DNA from: Nemertoderma westbladi
Lineage: Eukaryota; Animalia; Xenacoelomorpha
DNA length: 64,000 nucleotides
Assembly: GCA_032718475.1 (NCBI GenBank)
Contig: JAUCBJ010006701.1
Coordinates: 62,001-126,000 of the forward strand
Reading direction: 5' to 3'
Position 1 is the stretch's first letter. Every line of letters begins with the position of its first letter. Made by a program: the position numbers and the translations under genes. The notes below the pieces were generated by a model, which was not told the origin of the DNA, ran no database searches, and saw only the letters and a program-made list of their open reading frames with translations. Positions 36,901 through 49,850 of the stretch are shown here, one piece after another.

Positions 36901-38120
36901 TTGGTTAAATATCCTTTCAAATTACTCGGAGCTATATCGGCACCAGCTCTATCCAGTTCCTTAAAGTCTTGAATATGAGGTGGAACGTTGTACACGACCT
37001 TTTGAGTAATATGTCTACGTAAATCATATATCTTACTCATATCGCTGAAAACAACTGCAGGAAGAAACTCCAAGTTTGAAATGATTTCTGGATGATCCAC
37101 GATGGGTATTTCGTTCGTCGTATCCTGTCGGACTGGTATACTAATAGGAAAATTGAGTGTCGTACTCAATGGTTTCGTAGTTGAAGTACTATATGGTTGC
37201 ATTTCTCTTGTCCTCTCCGGGGATGCAATCTGTAGTCTCTGAATAACGTTTTGAGCAAAGTTTATGCTCTCGAAAACTTCCGGTGTCATCTCCTTAGCTG
37301 GAGTTTGATCGTGTGACGTCCAATGGTAAGGTAGGCTCGCGAGTCTTCCGCCCCATTCTTCCATCTCACCTTTCTCGAAAGCCTTGTAGGCTCTGTATAG
37401 GCTAAGAGCTTCTTTCTTTTCGCGGGTTGACTGATTTGCCTCGTCCAGCATAAGTTCAAATACATCGGGTTCAACAACCTTAGGTGGGTAAACGACAATT
37501 TCTCCCGCCTTTGGTCCGGTCATAGCAAATGAATGATATGGGTTCGATAAAGGATACCCTCCTTCCTGGTAGCGTAGTTGTTGATGGTTCGAACACCTCG
37601 CCAATATCGGTTCGGGATTTTCCTTATTCAAACGCATTGGAATCGCATTTCGTTGTTCGCGCATACAAGAACCGCATTGATAATAAAGTTTATAAACTGA
37701 AAATGCTTCCTTGGTTTCTCTATCGTCCCCTCGAGTTCGTCTGTAAAGGTGCATTCCATCGAATTCGTCTCTTACCGCGGGCATAGGTTCGTGCGCCTTT
37801 AGGTATTGCATGGTATGATACAAACGACTAATTTCAGTATCGGGGTCTTCGCTAATGTCTCCCGTATCACACAAAGCGTCGTACGGGTAAAGTTCGTTGA
37901 AGGTTTTGCGCAAACTTTCGATTCTTTCGTTTAATGCATTTTGTCTTCTCTTTAATACATTCGAGTCATATTTAGTTCTCGCGAGTTTCGCTGTACTTTC
38001 CGATAATTCCTTTATACCAAATATAGTGTAGTCCTTGGCTCCAAATCTTTCGAATGGCGCTGCTGCCTCCTCTTGGATATCATATCCCCATCTCGGCTCT
38101 CCTTGTATCCCTTTCTCCAT
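33977..38120 (-). pseudogene. Family-A accessory ORF (about 1200 aa reconstructed): Cys/His N-domain, DEDDy 3'-5' exonuclease, three CCHC knuckles, Arg-rich tail
   Basis: Motifs FYDNEG, LPKMVRNMILDKTVVKIGSGVREDL, YVDTR, QYYLAIE. Frameshift from a short duplication at ~36330-36365; insertion at 34318-34760. Confidence 0.88.
34318..34760. other. 443-bp AT-rich foreign insertion flanked by an 11-bp duplication
   Basis: TCTTCTATATT at 34307-34317 and 34761-34771. The insert is absent from A1. Confidence 0.85.
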
Positions 38121-38779
38121 AATTAGGGGTGTAGTTACATAATCATTACTACTAGAGGGAATACAACAGAGTTTGTAGTTAGTTGTGAGGAGACGTGAGA
38201 GTTTCGTCTGCCCTTTGGGCTCGACAACGCTCTAACCTCCTACCCATAGCCTAAGATCTAGGGTTTCTTTAATGACACGCTGCTTCTTATCTAAAATTTT
38301 TTGCCGAAATAAAAACGAATTTGGGCTAAACTGGCTGTGAGTCTAAAATACTCACTTTTTGATCCCAAACTATTATCAGAAAATAAGCAATCAAGAATTA
38401 GTAATAAATATAGGGGAGTCTATTTTGACGTAACTTATTGAAACAAGACCGTGTAAAATTTAATTAAAATTTTAAGAAAGGCTCGCAAGTCTTCCTCTCT
38501 TGTTTCTCTAATTTTAAGTTCCACCCGACTGTACCCTGAAATCTATTCACTGGAGAAAATTTTAAAAATTTTTCAAATCCAAATGGATTGTCTAAAATTT
38601 CGAAAATGTCTCAATATTGTGAGTTCCAAGTAGAATTCCATTTCTTATACCTACAAATCCCGCTCCTATGTGACACATAAGGGTACCACCCTCAATGTTC
38701 ACATATAAAGACAATGGAATTCTACCGCTGTCCTTACTACGGTGTACAGGTACGTGGAAATCTATTTGTAAACTCCTAA

Positions 38780-41700
38780 TTATTTACTAATATTAGGTGG
38801 AGATTTGTAGTCTCCAGAATCGTTACGAGTCTCTTCAAGAAGTACGAGACGTTGAGTCGGTCTGTCTACTGTACGACCGTCAATTGTCCGTACCGTCACA
38901 GTTCTTGTCACTCCATCCATAGATGGATGTGTGGCTAAAATTACACCTGTTATCCAGAAGCGTCTTTTTAGATTCACTTCCGCTAACAGCACGTGATCTC
39001 CCGGCTTTAATGCGCGGGTGTTATTGTACCAGTTTGTTCTGGCAGAAATAGAGGGCAAATAATGGTTTTGCCATATTTCCCAGAATTTGTTAGCCAGTAG
39101 TTGCGTGATTTTCCACGCTTTTCTACCGTAGCTATCGCCTTCTATTGGAATAGAAATAGGCGTCAAAGTCGTCGGTGCCTGCATAAGCAGGTGTGCCGGT
39201 GTTAATGCAAACTGGGATTGTTTGTCATCGGGTACTAATACTATTGGTCTAGTATTTAGTATTGCCTCGATTTCAACAAACAATGTTGTCAGTTGGTCGT
39301 CTGTCAATATGTGGTTTACTGGAATGACCTTTGCCATGGCTGTCTTTATAGATCTAATCAATCTCTCCCAGACTCCGCCTCTCCATGGACTATCTGGAGG
39401 ATTAAACTTCCAAACAATCTTGTAAGGACGTAGTTCGTTTGAGATTTGATCATGATCTAATTTCTTAAAGGCTCTAGCAATCTCATTTCGAGCACCAACA
39501 AAGTTTGTCCCTTGGTCTGAGTACAAGCATTTCACTAGTCCGCGTCTAGCGATAAATCGCCGCAATGCTAGTATAAACGCGTTGGTAGAAAGATCCATCA
39601 CTCGTTCAATATGAACTGCCCTACTGGACATACATGTGAAAATCAGTCCCCAGCGTTTTACTAGTATACGTCCACGTTTCGTATGTATGGGACCAAAGCA
39701 ATCAATTCCAGTCTCTGTAAAAGGTGGTCTGAATGCTTGAAGTCGTGCTTGTGGAAGTTCACTCATTTCTTGGGTACCTATTCTAGAATGTACCTTTTTA
39801 CAAATAATACACGTACGTGTCACTGAACTTAATGCTTTACTGGGTCTAATTAATACAAATCTTGTACGTAAGTAGGAAAGACAGTGGTGTCTTCCAGCGT
39901 GTTTCAGATGTAAATGTGCGTCCAGTATCATTGCACGTTGTAGTTCGTGATGTTGCGGTATTATTATTGGGTATCTAAAGTTTGTGTTAAAGTCAATGTT
40001 TTGAAGCCGAGATTTATGACAAATTAAGCCATTATAAATAATCGGACTCCAACTCAGTATTGGTGACGACTTGATTGGTTGACCTTGATTTATAGATGTG
40101 AATTCGCGCGCGAAATATCGCAGTTGGTAATGGCGAATTAATTTAATTTCACACCTGTCAATCTCAGCCAATGTAAGTCGACGTGTAAAGTCGCGTTTGC
40201 CTTTAACGTATTGTACAAAACGTACAATCCACGCTAATTTTCGGCAAGCGTTTGTCCAAGAGTCTGTTAAGTTTACAATACGGTCGACGTGAGTATTTGT
40301 GACGTCATCAGGTAAGTCAATGGAGATTTTGGAAGGTTTTGATTTACTAGAAGGGCCCACGGGTCCGCCGGTAAGTATTCCCTTGTTGACTGTTGATCCG
40401 TCCGGGTCTACAAGTAATTTGTCCTTCTTCGTCTTCCTACCTTGGTTGTCAGTACTTTGTAAGTCGATCGTTAATGGTGGTTTGAACTCTATGGGGTCAC
40501 TGGGTTTCGGTAAACTTAATTTTCTGCCGATATTAATCCCAGGTTTCACCATAGGTTGCAAGTTCGGTATGTCTCTTGAGCGCAAAGTAACACCTGTATT
40601 TACATTAGCGTAGGTACTACCCACATCTGTAATACATGAGGTTTCACCGTGCTTGTGGTTGCTCAAGTGTGTCAAATTTGGTAGTTTGTCAATACAAGGC
40701 CGCTCCAATAGGGAAACTGCGGCTTTACTGTTTGTCAATATGTTACTAGTGTCTGGTAGAACATTTTGTGACATGTCTGGTAAAATGTTTCGCGGAACAT
40801 CCGGCGAAATATCTAGTGACGTGTCTGGCAAAACGTCTGGTTGACCGTCTAGTAACGTGTCTGGCGATACGTCTGGTAACGTATCTGGTTGTTTGTCAAT
40901 AGAAGGCCGCTCCAATAGAGAAACTGCGGCTTTACTGTTTGTCAATGCGTTACTAATGTCTGGTAGAACGTCTGGTTGACCGTCTAGTAACGTGTCTGGT
41001 TGACTGTCTAGTAACGTGTCTGGTTGACCGTCTGGCGATATGTCTGGTGTAGAAAGGCTCGCAAGTCTTCCGTTCTTGACCTTTGAAGTTATATCTTTCC
41101 ATTTCGCCTTCGGTTTCTTCTTGAGTTTAGCCGCCGTCTTTTTCTTTGCTTTCCCTTTCTTTGGTTTTTTGATTTCCGCGTCTTTAGGGATAGTGTTAGA
41201 CTTGTTGTCATATAGTGGTGGCCAATCTTGTGTCGATTTCTGCAAGAATTGGGGTCCATGTTGCCAAAATTCTTTGTTCTCCGGTTTACAGAATTCCTCA
41301 GGCATCATTCCTCGCGACGCAATATCGGCTGGGTTTTGTGGTCCGGGACAATGTCGCCAATCTTCCTTTATTGAACGGTCTAGAATTTCCGCGCGACGGT
41401 TAGCTACGAATGTCTTGAATTCAAGTGTGTCGTTGTTTATGTAAAATAAAACCAACGTCGCGTCAGTCCAATAAAATATCTGTAAACTTGACTGTAGTTC
41501 TGTCTGTATAAGGTTCACGATGGTGGTTGACAGGGTTGCAGCTTGTAGCTCAGCTCGTGGTGTCGTCATATACTTAGTAGGCATTGTTTTTGCCTTAGAA
41601 GTAATGAGCGAAACATCGAATTCTTCTGAGTCTACTTGTCTGCGCAAGTACGCAGCCACACCAAAACCGTTGTCACTGGCGTCAGAAAAACAGTGTAATT

Positions 41701-44700
41701 CCAAGTTGTCAGGAAATGTTGTTTGTAATGGAAAGTAGACTCTGGGTATGGAATAATCCTCTAGCGAAGATAATTCCGCCTCCCAGGTCTTCCATAAGTC
41801 CACTTGGTCTGATGAGATCGGCTCGTCCCATGTCAGTCCATCCTTCCAAATACTGCGCATATAAATGCGGGCTTGCAGTATTATTGGACTGATGAATCCT
41901 AATGGATCGAACAATCGGCTCAATTTTGACAAGCATGATCTCTTTGTCAGTGTGTTTTCTTGACTGTCCAGTCTCACCTTCACTCGAAAGTTGTCCGTGT
42001 TTGGGTCCCAAAAGAGCCCCAACACCTTGGTCGTCGGTAGTGGTTCGAACTCTAGGTCTATGTCACCACCTCCACGCTCAGTCGTTCCGAATGAGTCTAC
42101 TAATTCGGCACTGTTTGAGGCGAATTTGGTGAGGTTAAAACCTCCGCCCGCTAAGCAGTCCCGTAATTGATGTGCTACTGTTGTAGCACGTTCTACTGTG
42201 TCGCAACTCTGTAAACCGTCGTCGACGTAAAAGTCACGCTCCACAATCCTAATTATCTCTGGGTCATATAAATGTTTCTGATCCCTAGCGGCTTGTTTTA
42301 GGGCGTACATCGTACAGTTTGGGCTGTCTCTGGCACCGAAAACGCGAACTTGCATTTGGTAAGTCGCCGGTGGTAGACTTAAGTCTCCTTCCGGATACCA
42401 GAGGAACCTCAAACTGTCTCTGTCTTGCTCTAACGCTCTCACTTGGTGAAACATAGCTTCAACGTCACAAGTAAAAGCTACTTGACGCTGACGGAAGCGC
42501 ATAATCACCCCCATAAGATAATTATTCATGTTTGGTCCATCCATCAACTCGCTATTGAGGGACATTCCCTCAAACAGAGCCGCACAGTCATTGACTACAC
42601 GTACTTTGTCTGGTTTGTCGGGGTGTCTCACATAGTGATGTGGCAGGTAGTATGTCTGGTTAGTCACTATCTCTGGGTTAGTCATTCGGATAGCGTATCC
42701 CTTAGTCAAATACGTCTCCATCTGAGTGTTGTACTGCAGATGGGCTTTCTCGTCCTTTAATAGACGTTGTCGTATTGAGTGTAGACGTCTTAAAGCTAGT
42801 GGGTAGTTATTTATAAGTTTAGGACTTTGGCTACGCCATAACATCCCCACCTCATAATGTCCGTCTTTCGTCTGGCGGATAGTATCTTCCATGATCCTCA
42901 AAGATTGTTTCTCCTGTTCCGACATACATGGTTCGTAGCTACCAGGTTCAGCTGTATCTTGTTCTAACCACCTGATAGTCTTCTCCGTTAATTCTTTGTC
43001 CAATGCAGCTTGTTCCACTTGATGATTTCTCAACGCGTCATCATCGATATCGACGGGCATTGTTGAGGTTGTTGGGGTAGGTAGACTCGCAAGCCTTCCG
43101 GCGTTATCATCTGTCGTCGATGGAATCTCTAGCTGACTCGTCTTCTCCCCAAGTTCTAAACTCACCTGGTGAATTAGCTGCTCCTTGTGACTTATCATAC
43201 TAGTTACACGTCTGTCATGTTTTGTATGTAAGGTAGTATGGTCCACGTCGTGTGAAAAGGAATGAATTGAATTTGTAGTTAATAAACTACATGTACTTTG
43301 TACATCGTCTTCCTCGTCACTTATGTCCAGTGTGCGCACAGGCGCTCGAGTATACCACCCTATCGGCGTTCTACAGGCGTATGCGTTTCCCGCTACGACT
43401 GCCGATGGTCTGGTTTCCCACACTTGATGTAGGTTGAATTGGTCTGTCCCGATCAGCATGGCTACCGATCTATAATTGACAGGACATTCAGGTACACCAA
43501 GGTGTCTGAAATACTTACGGTCCTCCAAGGATTGTTCTGGGACAGGACCTAGTAGGTTACTAAAGTCTTTTGTGGCCGCAAAAGTCAAATCCTTGAAGGG
43601 TAACAAAGACCTCTCCTTTTCGCTGTGTTGCGATTTTGGAAGAAGAGTGTCTAAGTTTAACTTAACTCGTGTCACTGGTATTGCACGTTGTCCGTGCATA
43701 CTACTCACGGTGTAACTGACGCGCTTACCTTGTCTGAGATCCGTCACTACATCAGCTATCTGCTCATCCACGTAGCTGTGAGATGAGGCTGAATCCAGGA
43801 TAGCGTAGATTCTCTTGCTCCCCTTTGTGCCAGTAATCTTAATCGGAATTACACTGAATCCCTTTAGTTGGTCAGTCGTCAGAAGCGCGATCGATGGTTG
43901 TTCGTCTCCATCAGAATATACGTCGTCGTCTTCTGACTCTTCGTCCGACGATCCGGATTGTTCTGAGAAGCAATCCTTTATATGTGTCACAAAGGTTGGA
44001 GTCGTTTTCGATTCTCGATTTTTGTAGGCCGCATCACATCTCGCTGCTGCTTCCGGGTGTTCCCTGGCGAAGCGTTTTGTCGGCGTGTGGCTGTCTGTGT
44101 GGAGCAGACCGTCGTGGTTGCGTCCACAGGATGGACAAGTGTCGGTATTTGGGCAATCTTTACGGACGTGTCCGTGTCGCGTACACCGCCAACAAGAGTC
44201 CAATGGCCGTATCTGCAGCCGTCGTTCTTCCGAGTTTAACTCGCGAAACTGTCGACAACCTCTCAACTTGTGACCGATATACCGCTTGCCCAAATGCTCG
44301 CAGTATTGGCAGCCGCTGAAGTCGGTACCGAGTTGCTGTCTAGTCTGTTTTGTCCCAATGGGCGCAGATACCCTACTACCGTCCGAGAATTGTCGGGTTT
44401 CCGTCGGTGTGGCGTAAGTGGCCGTCTTGGTGGATGTTGTCTGGGGTTTTTGTCGGTTTGAGGATGGCAAGGTGATTCCTTCTGCCACGATGTGCTGGTC
44501 AGTGTAGTTGGATCGAGTTTCTACCACTGCTTCCCTGGATATCAAAAGGTACACATCCTCCAGTTTTAAGAATCCACCCCGCTCTTCCCGCTGGTATTCA
44601 ATCTTCCTCCACTCCCGACGAAGTCGATGGTGGAGTCGTCCTATGATCTTTAATAGGACTGTAGGGGTATTCCCGTAGTCAAGTTGTCCAATGGATCTCA

Positions 44701-46064
44701 AAGTAGTGATAGCGTTCTTTATCTCGTCAGCCAGTTTCAATAAGTCTACGGGTTTAGTAATAGCCCCTCCCTTACAGAGTTCCTCTATCACTGACCTGGC
44801 CATGCTGACTGTACCTCCGTAGATCGAAGTTAAACGATCGTACGCTAGTTCGAAAGCGTCCGGTACACCAACGAAGGTCTCCGCCAAATGTTTAGGTTCT
44901 CCTGACAACGTTTGAAGCAGGTAATTAAACTTCTCCCGTGATGTAAAGGCGCACACGGCGATCTGAGATTCGATATAGTCTACGAAAGTGTGCCAGTGTT
45001 TTGAACTACCGGAAAACTTCGGTGGTTGTTGTACCGGCAATCCCTGTCTGGCTGCGAATTTCGCTATCTCCTCGGCAACGTTCAGAGTTTCGCGTCCTTG
45101 GTTGGTAATCTGGTTGATATCCCTTCTTGGCGCTTTTCCCTGATACGATGTGTGTTTTGAAGGTACCGGTCTTTGTGGTTCCTTCGGGTGTCTATTGTGT
45201 TCGAATTCAGTGTTCCTCGAACTATCGGTTTGAACTTCCTCCAGACGTTCCTCAATCTGAGCCAACTTGTTAACAACTGGTCGCAGGATGTCGGCGAACT
45301 GTTGTGTACTGATTGCGTCCGTTGGTTGTAACGCCTTCTGTGTTGGTGTATTCTGTGGAGGATTGTCTACAAAGGAGTTGTCTGAACGCTCGCGTTTATA
45401 TTCATCGGCCGCCCCTGTTCTAAATACCTCGCGTTTCGGGTAATCCGATTCGCTCGAAGTACTACTATCATCTGGATATGGTGGTCGACGTGTTCGCGTC
45501 CGTTGCGTCGTCCGAATTCTAACGTTTCGTTTCGGAACATCGTCCACTGATCTCCGTTGTTCGGTAGGCTCACAAGTCTTCCTCGAAGTCGTAGATTGCG
45601 ATGTAAATTGGTTGAACGGTCGCGTATCCACTGGTCTCCGTTGTTCGGTAGGCTCACAAGTCTTCCTCGAAGTCGTAGATTGCGATGTAAACTGAACCGG
45701 TGGGCGAATGACAGCATTTGAATCAACTGGCCTTGTAGGTCGAAACGTCATTGGGTAAGCGTAGTGTGTAACGGGTTTAGGTGTCGACGGTGGACTCACC
45801 TGTTTAGTCGTCAGTAGTGCAGGTCCGGTCAATAAACTACTACGATCTGTAATCGGTGGGTTACTTACCTTGACTTTCAAAATAGGCGACGACGTTGCTC
45901 TTGGCGGTGTAAACTTGTCCGGAATAACAAACCTGTGTTCCGTCACACCATGGATAGGAGAAATATCACTACTACCCGCAATCGAAACAGGTTTCTTAGT
46001 CATAATTGGTGCAAACATAGGAGTTACTTGTGGGAATCGTTGACACAAGTCTTTTACTAATTGT
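38780..46064 (-). CDS. gag-pol: A2 Gag C-part, protease (ILDSAS), RT (YVDD), RNase H, integrase
   Basis: 2470-aa ORF whose first ~43 aa derive from the D LTR. It rejoins 60389-61838 in frame (RERQ-LVKD), about 2909 aa in total. Confidence 0.95.
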
Positions 46065-46602
46065 TGTGACGGGCTCCAGGAGGGATCCCGATTTATCCGA
46101 TGTGGTAATTTAGTCCACGCGTCCCCGCCGTGTATAAGGGTGAAATAAAGTGACTGAGTTCTGAAGTTCGGTGTATAATAATAATAGGGCATAGGATATA
46201 GATATAGATAATGTGTACAAGGCGGGATACGGTAACTAAAGTCCCGTGATCCCCTAACTAAACTAATTGGCTGTACCCTACGCTAGCACTGCTGCACTGA
46301 GATAACTGCATCACTGATTAATAGGTTATTGGTTATATTGCACGGTGGCCTTACTGCTACTCAATCGATGCCGTTCCCCCCTCTGATTGGTTAATACCCT
46401 TGTTGGCGCCCCGTGGAGTATTCCCGTTCACTCCACCTGTTCTCTCTGGGTTAGGGGTTTGGCCCCTGACCCTCTGTTGTGTGCTTCCTTCCCACTCTTA
46501 TTGGGAAGGCACGAGTTGGTTAATTGCCCAATCTCGTGGCTCCCAATATTGCTTATCGGCTAATAACTTTATGGGGTGTTGGCGGGATTGAATAAGCTAA
46601 CA
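46065..46602 (-). repeat. 3' LTR of D
   Basis: Homologous to 59841-60388 and preceded in sense by the PPT. Confidence 0.95.
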
Positions 46603-46611
46603 CTCCCCCCC
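46603..46611 (-). promoter_or_regulatory. Polypurine tract of D (sense GGGGGGGAG)
   Basis: Abuts TGTTAG of the 3' LTR. Confidence 0.85.
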
Positions 46612-47306
46612 ATGCTATCTTCCCGGTAAGAAGATAGCATCAACCAAAAAAAGTGCGCTACAATCCCGCTGGATCCCGATCTAGTATCGGGTGTGGGGTG
46701 GAATTCTTTTCTCTTGGAGCCGGCTTTCCAGGCCGCCCCCTATGGGTATGATAACGCTACCCTGTGTGCCTGGCGTCTCATGTCGGGCCGATCGCGCTCA
46801 CCTCTTCACACGACTTTTGTTTCCCCAACACTTTCGCCCTATCTCACCTTCACTCTCACCCTAACTCTCTCACATTCGGACCTCCTCGTCCCTTACTCAG
46901 CCTCTTATTCCCCCCCCCCACACTGGAATTGCATCGGCACTCTCTCCGCACTCCGCACTATTATTCCGTCCCTCAACCTCACATCGACTGTCTCTTTCCT
47001 TCTGACGAATCTCCCCCCCCTCTCGTGCCGTCGCACTCAAGAAGTGTGAAATTGTCTGGCGTCTCGTCCATAGTGCCATAGTCAGTTATCCCCCAGTCCC
47101 ACTAGCTAGTTGAGAAAGGTTGTATGACTATAGTACTTACTCCGATCGTGTATTTTACTGCTAATTACTACGTATGTACATACGAATTGCACTTATATGG
47201 TTATTTGCATTAATTAAATTTATACTTAATAGTTCGTACGTTACATGCGGCGCCTTCCAGGCGCACCACGTCCCAGTCTCAGCCTCATTCCCTCGCCTCC
47301 GGGAAC

Positions 47307-49850
47307 TTATCTGTACCTCCTCACGTCCTCCTCCCTGGCCCGTTTCTTGGTTATCACCGCTCCTCTGGCATCATCCGCTTTCTGCTTCCGGACCTTTGCC
47401 GCCACTTCCTTGCTGATCCCGGTCGTCGGCTCCTTGGGCGCTGGTGTTATTAAAGCCCGATACCGCTTCGCCGGTGGCCCCTCAGAATGGCCTGGTTGTT
47501 TCCCTCGTGTGGCGTCCCATAGGATCATCTTCATTGCCTTTGGTACGTGTTCCGCCAAGAAATCCCTAAACTCCCTCCGGTTCTCTGGTGTCCACCTGTC
47601 CAGGTACCGTTGCGTGTTCATAACTCCGGCGAACGATGCCGCCGTAGCTACCTCTTGATAGGTAAACGGTAACCTTCGCTTTATGATTTCCATGTGGGTC
47701 TCCTGGTTTATGAGGAAGAAACCCCACTTGAACTCTTGGGCCTTCATGCGCTGGCGCGTCATGGCCCCGACGTCGGCCCACTCCTCGAACCTCGTGAACT
47801 TCTCCTCGTCGCTCATCCAGTCGCACTCGCGCCCGTAGTGTCCCCGAAAGTGGCACTTTGGACATCGGTTATGCAACCGTGGACACGCCCCCATCCTGTG
47901 ACTTGGTTCTCTACAATAGAGACAAAAGGTTCCCCGTTGGAACCGGTATAGGCAGCTGCTTTCCTGATGGGTCTGCCTCCCACAGTAGTCGCAGCCGAGT
48001 ACCAATGTCTCGCGTCCCACCTCGTCCTTCGTCCCAAGCGATCTCCGCGGTCTATGGAGTCGCTGGTAGGCAAACTTCTCCACGTTGCTCTCCCTGTTTA
48101 CGTCGATCTCTCCGCCCCTCTCGGGCATCGTCTCCCCGAATACTATCCGTGGTGCCGTCCCCGGTTGCTCGCCCAACCTGATGGTGCTCCCCGCGAAATC
48201 CATCGCCGGCCCCTCGTGCACCCAGGTCCGCTTGCCGGATCTGTTCCAGAAGGCCCTCGCCCCACTGGCCGTCACCACCCTTCCGCCAACCCAGTCCGTG
48301 TCCGAGTGGCCTATCCTTTCGATGGGCGGCATCTCTCCGAACTCGTCGTCGTCGTCCTCCTCTTCTGGTAGTGTCTCCAATCCCGGTATCCCGATGGATC
48401 CACTATGTCCCTTCCCGCCTTGGCTCTCGCCCGTAGCTCTCCATCCCTCTAGCTCCCTTAACTTCCTTGGCGGTTGGTCGCCCTCGGCGCCCGCTGGTAT
48501 GGGCATCGCGTGCAACCCCGACGTCGACTGTTTCGGCGATCCCACCGTCCATCCCAATTCTCGCCCTAGAGACTCCCCCGAACTCCCCGACGAAGTCCAA
48601 TGAAGTTCGTCTAGGCCCGCCTGTTCCTCGAAGCCGTAACTCTGTGCCCTGGCCTCCTCTTCCCTCTCCTCTGCTTCTATCCTCTCCCGTCTAGCGACTT
48701 CTTCCAGTCGCTTTGCTTCCCGTCTATCCATCTCTAGCTGCTCCCATCTCTGATACGGTGTATCCGTCTCCCCATCTACCAGATGTCGGCTGTTGTAGTA
48801 CACCGACTCGCCCTTCAGCCCCGGGTGGTCTACCAGACCGTCAAAGGCCGTCTTAAAGGCTCTCCTGTAGCTTAGGGGTGATCCCGATAACAGAAATGCC
48901 CCTGGTTCCCTCTCGATAACTACGGTCATGAATAAGTTAAGTAAACTTATCATCATCCAGTCCTCCTGCAGGATATATCGCTTCTGATATACCTTTATCG
49001 CTCCTCTGCGAAACTGATATACCTCCTGCTTTCCCGGTCTCGCTCCCCACTTCAGCGAGTTCGCTAGTTCTGCTCCGTATTCTTCCCTAAACTTCCCCCA
49101 ATCCATCGGTTTGTGGCATACGAGCCCCAATAATTGGCCCATCGCCACCGCCCCGCATTGGCCTGTGTTCTCGACCACCCCCAATCCATCCGGTGCCGTC
49201 ATAGCCATAAAGACTTTCTGCATGTCCAGGAGGTTGGTGGCGTCCGGACCGATGATCCTCTCCGCATCCTCGCGAATCGCCGATCCCACTTTCGTCGTCG
49301 ACTTCTCTCTTACTAAGACTTGTACCGCTTTCGGCAGTCGGTCTAATTTCGGCCCGTCCTTCTTCCCATACGTCCCTAGATCGAATAAGAAGATGTCCCC
49401 ATTCGGCGCGGCCAAATGTAGGAGTATGGTCCTGGCCGACCCTGCCGTTCCTCGCCTTGAACCCGCTTCGTCTTCCACGGTTCCCTCGTCATCTAGGATC
49501 ATATATCCTCCTCTGTTGACGGACTCTATGAATCTTTTCCAGTCCTTCCTCGGCGATTCCCTCGGGTACTTCGGAATCCCGAACTTCGCTTCGTCTCCTT
49601 TCACCACGTAGTGGAAGTGTTGGAAGATCGCGTTGTCCAGCGACGGCGTCCCGTAGGTCCCGACCAACCGCTGTTCGTGCGCCTCCCGGAAGTGATCCTG
49701 CAGCGCTCGTGCCGCGTGACCCCTTTCCAACCTCTCGTAGTATCCTCTCGTCTTCTCCTCCGGGTGTCTTTCGGTGAAATCCACCAATATTTCTTTTCCT
49801 CCTGACTCCGCCTTTCTCTTCCTGATCAGCTTACTCGCCATTCCGAACAC
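47307..49850 (-). CDS. Intact accessory protein of D: WRN/RNase D-like DEDDy exonuclease plus triple CCHC zinc knuckle (first ATG at 49841)
   Basis: ExoI YMILDDEG; LLHLAAPNGDIFLFDL; LPKAVQVLVREKSTTKVGSAIREDA (ExoII); LLDMQ; QKRYILQED (ExoIII-like). Knuckles CDYCGRQTHQESSC, CLYCREPSHRMGAC, CPKCHFRGHYGREC. Confidence 0.88.
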   Translation of the reverse strand: MFGMASKLIRKRKAESGGKEILVDFTERHPEEKTRGYYERLERGHAARALQDHFREAHEQRLVGTYGTPSLDNAIFQHFHYVVKGDEAKFGIPKYPRESPRKDWKRFIESVNRGGYMILDDEGTVEDEAGSRRGTAGSARTILLHLAAPNGDIFLFDLGTYGKKDGPKLDRLPKAVQVLVREKSTTKVGSAIREDAERIIGPDATNLLDMQKVFMAMTAPDGLGVVENTGQCGAVAMGQLLGLVCHKPMDWGKFREEYGAELANSLKWGARPGKQEVYQFRRGAIKVYQKRYILQEDWMMISLLNLFMTVVIEREPGAFLLSGSPLSYRRAFKTAFDGLVDHPGLKGESVYYNSRHLVDGETDTPYQRWEQLEMDRREAKRLEEVARRERIEAEEREEEARAQSYGFEEQAGLDELHWTSSGSSGESLGRELGWTVGSPKQSTSGLHAMPIPAGAEGDQPPRKLRELEGWRATGESQGGKGHSGSIGIPGLETLPEEEDDDDEFGEMPPIERIGHSDTDWVGGRVVTASGARAFWNRSGKRTWVHEGPAMDFAGSTIRLGEQPGTAPRIVFGETMPERGGEIDVNRESNVEKFAYQRLHRPRRSLGTKDEVGRETLVLGCDYCGRQTHQESSCLYRFQRGTFCLYCREPSHRMGACPRLHNRCPKCHFRGHYGRECDWMSDEEKFTRFEEWADVGAMTRQRMKAQEFKWGFFLINQETHMEIIKRRLPFTYQEVATAASFAGVMNTQRYLDRWTPENRREFRDFLAEHVPKAMKMILWDATRGKQPGHSEGPPAKRYRALITPAPKEPTTGISKEVAAKVRKQKADDARGAVITKKRAREEDVRRYR

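Noticed and set aside
1-41000. Large inverted repeat (1-4440 versus 33977-40930) as the TIRs of a DNA transposon or Polinton
   Set aside because: It is explained by two oppositely oriented family-A copies with independent lesions.
46065-46192. N-terminus MPYYYYTPNF... of the 2470-aa ORF
   Set aside because: It is read-through from the D 3' LTR. The true N-terminus is at 61838.
47307-49850. env gene (expected at this position)
   Set aside because: No signal peptide, transmembrane segment or fusion-protein features are evident. Exonuclease and knuckle motifs are present instead.
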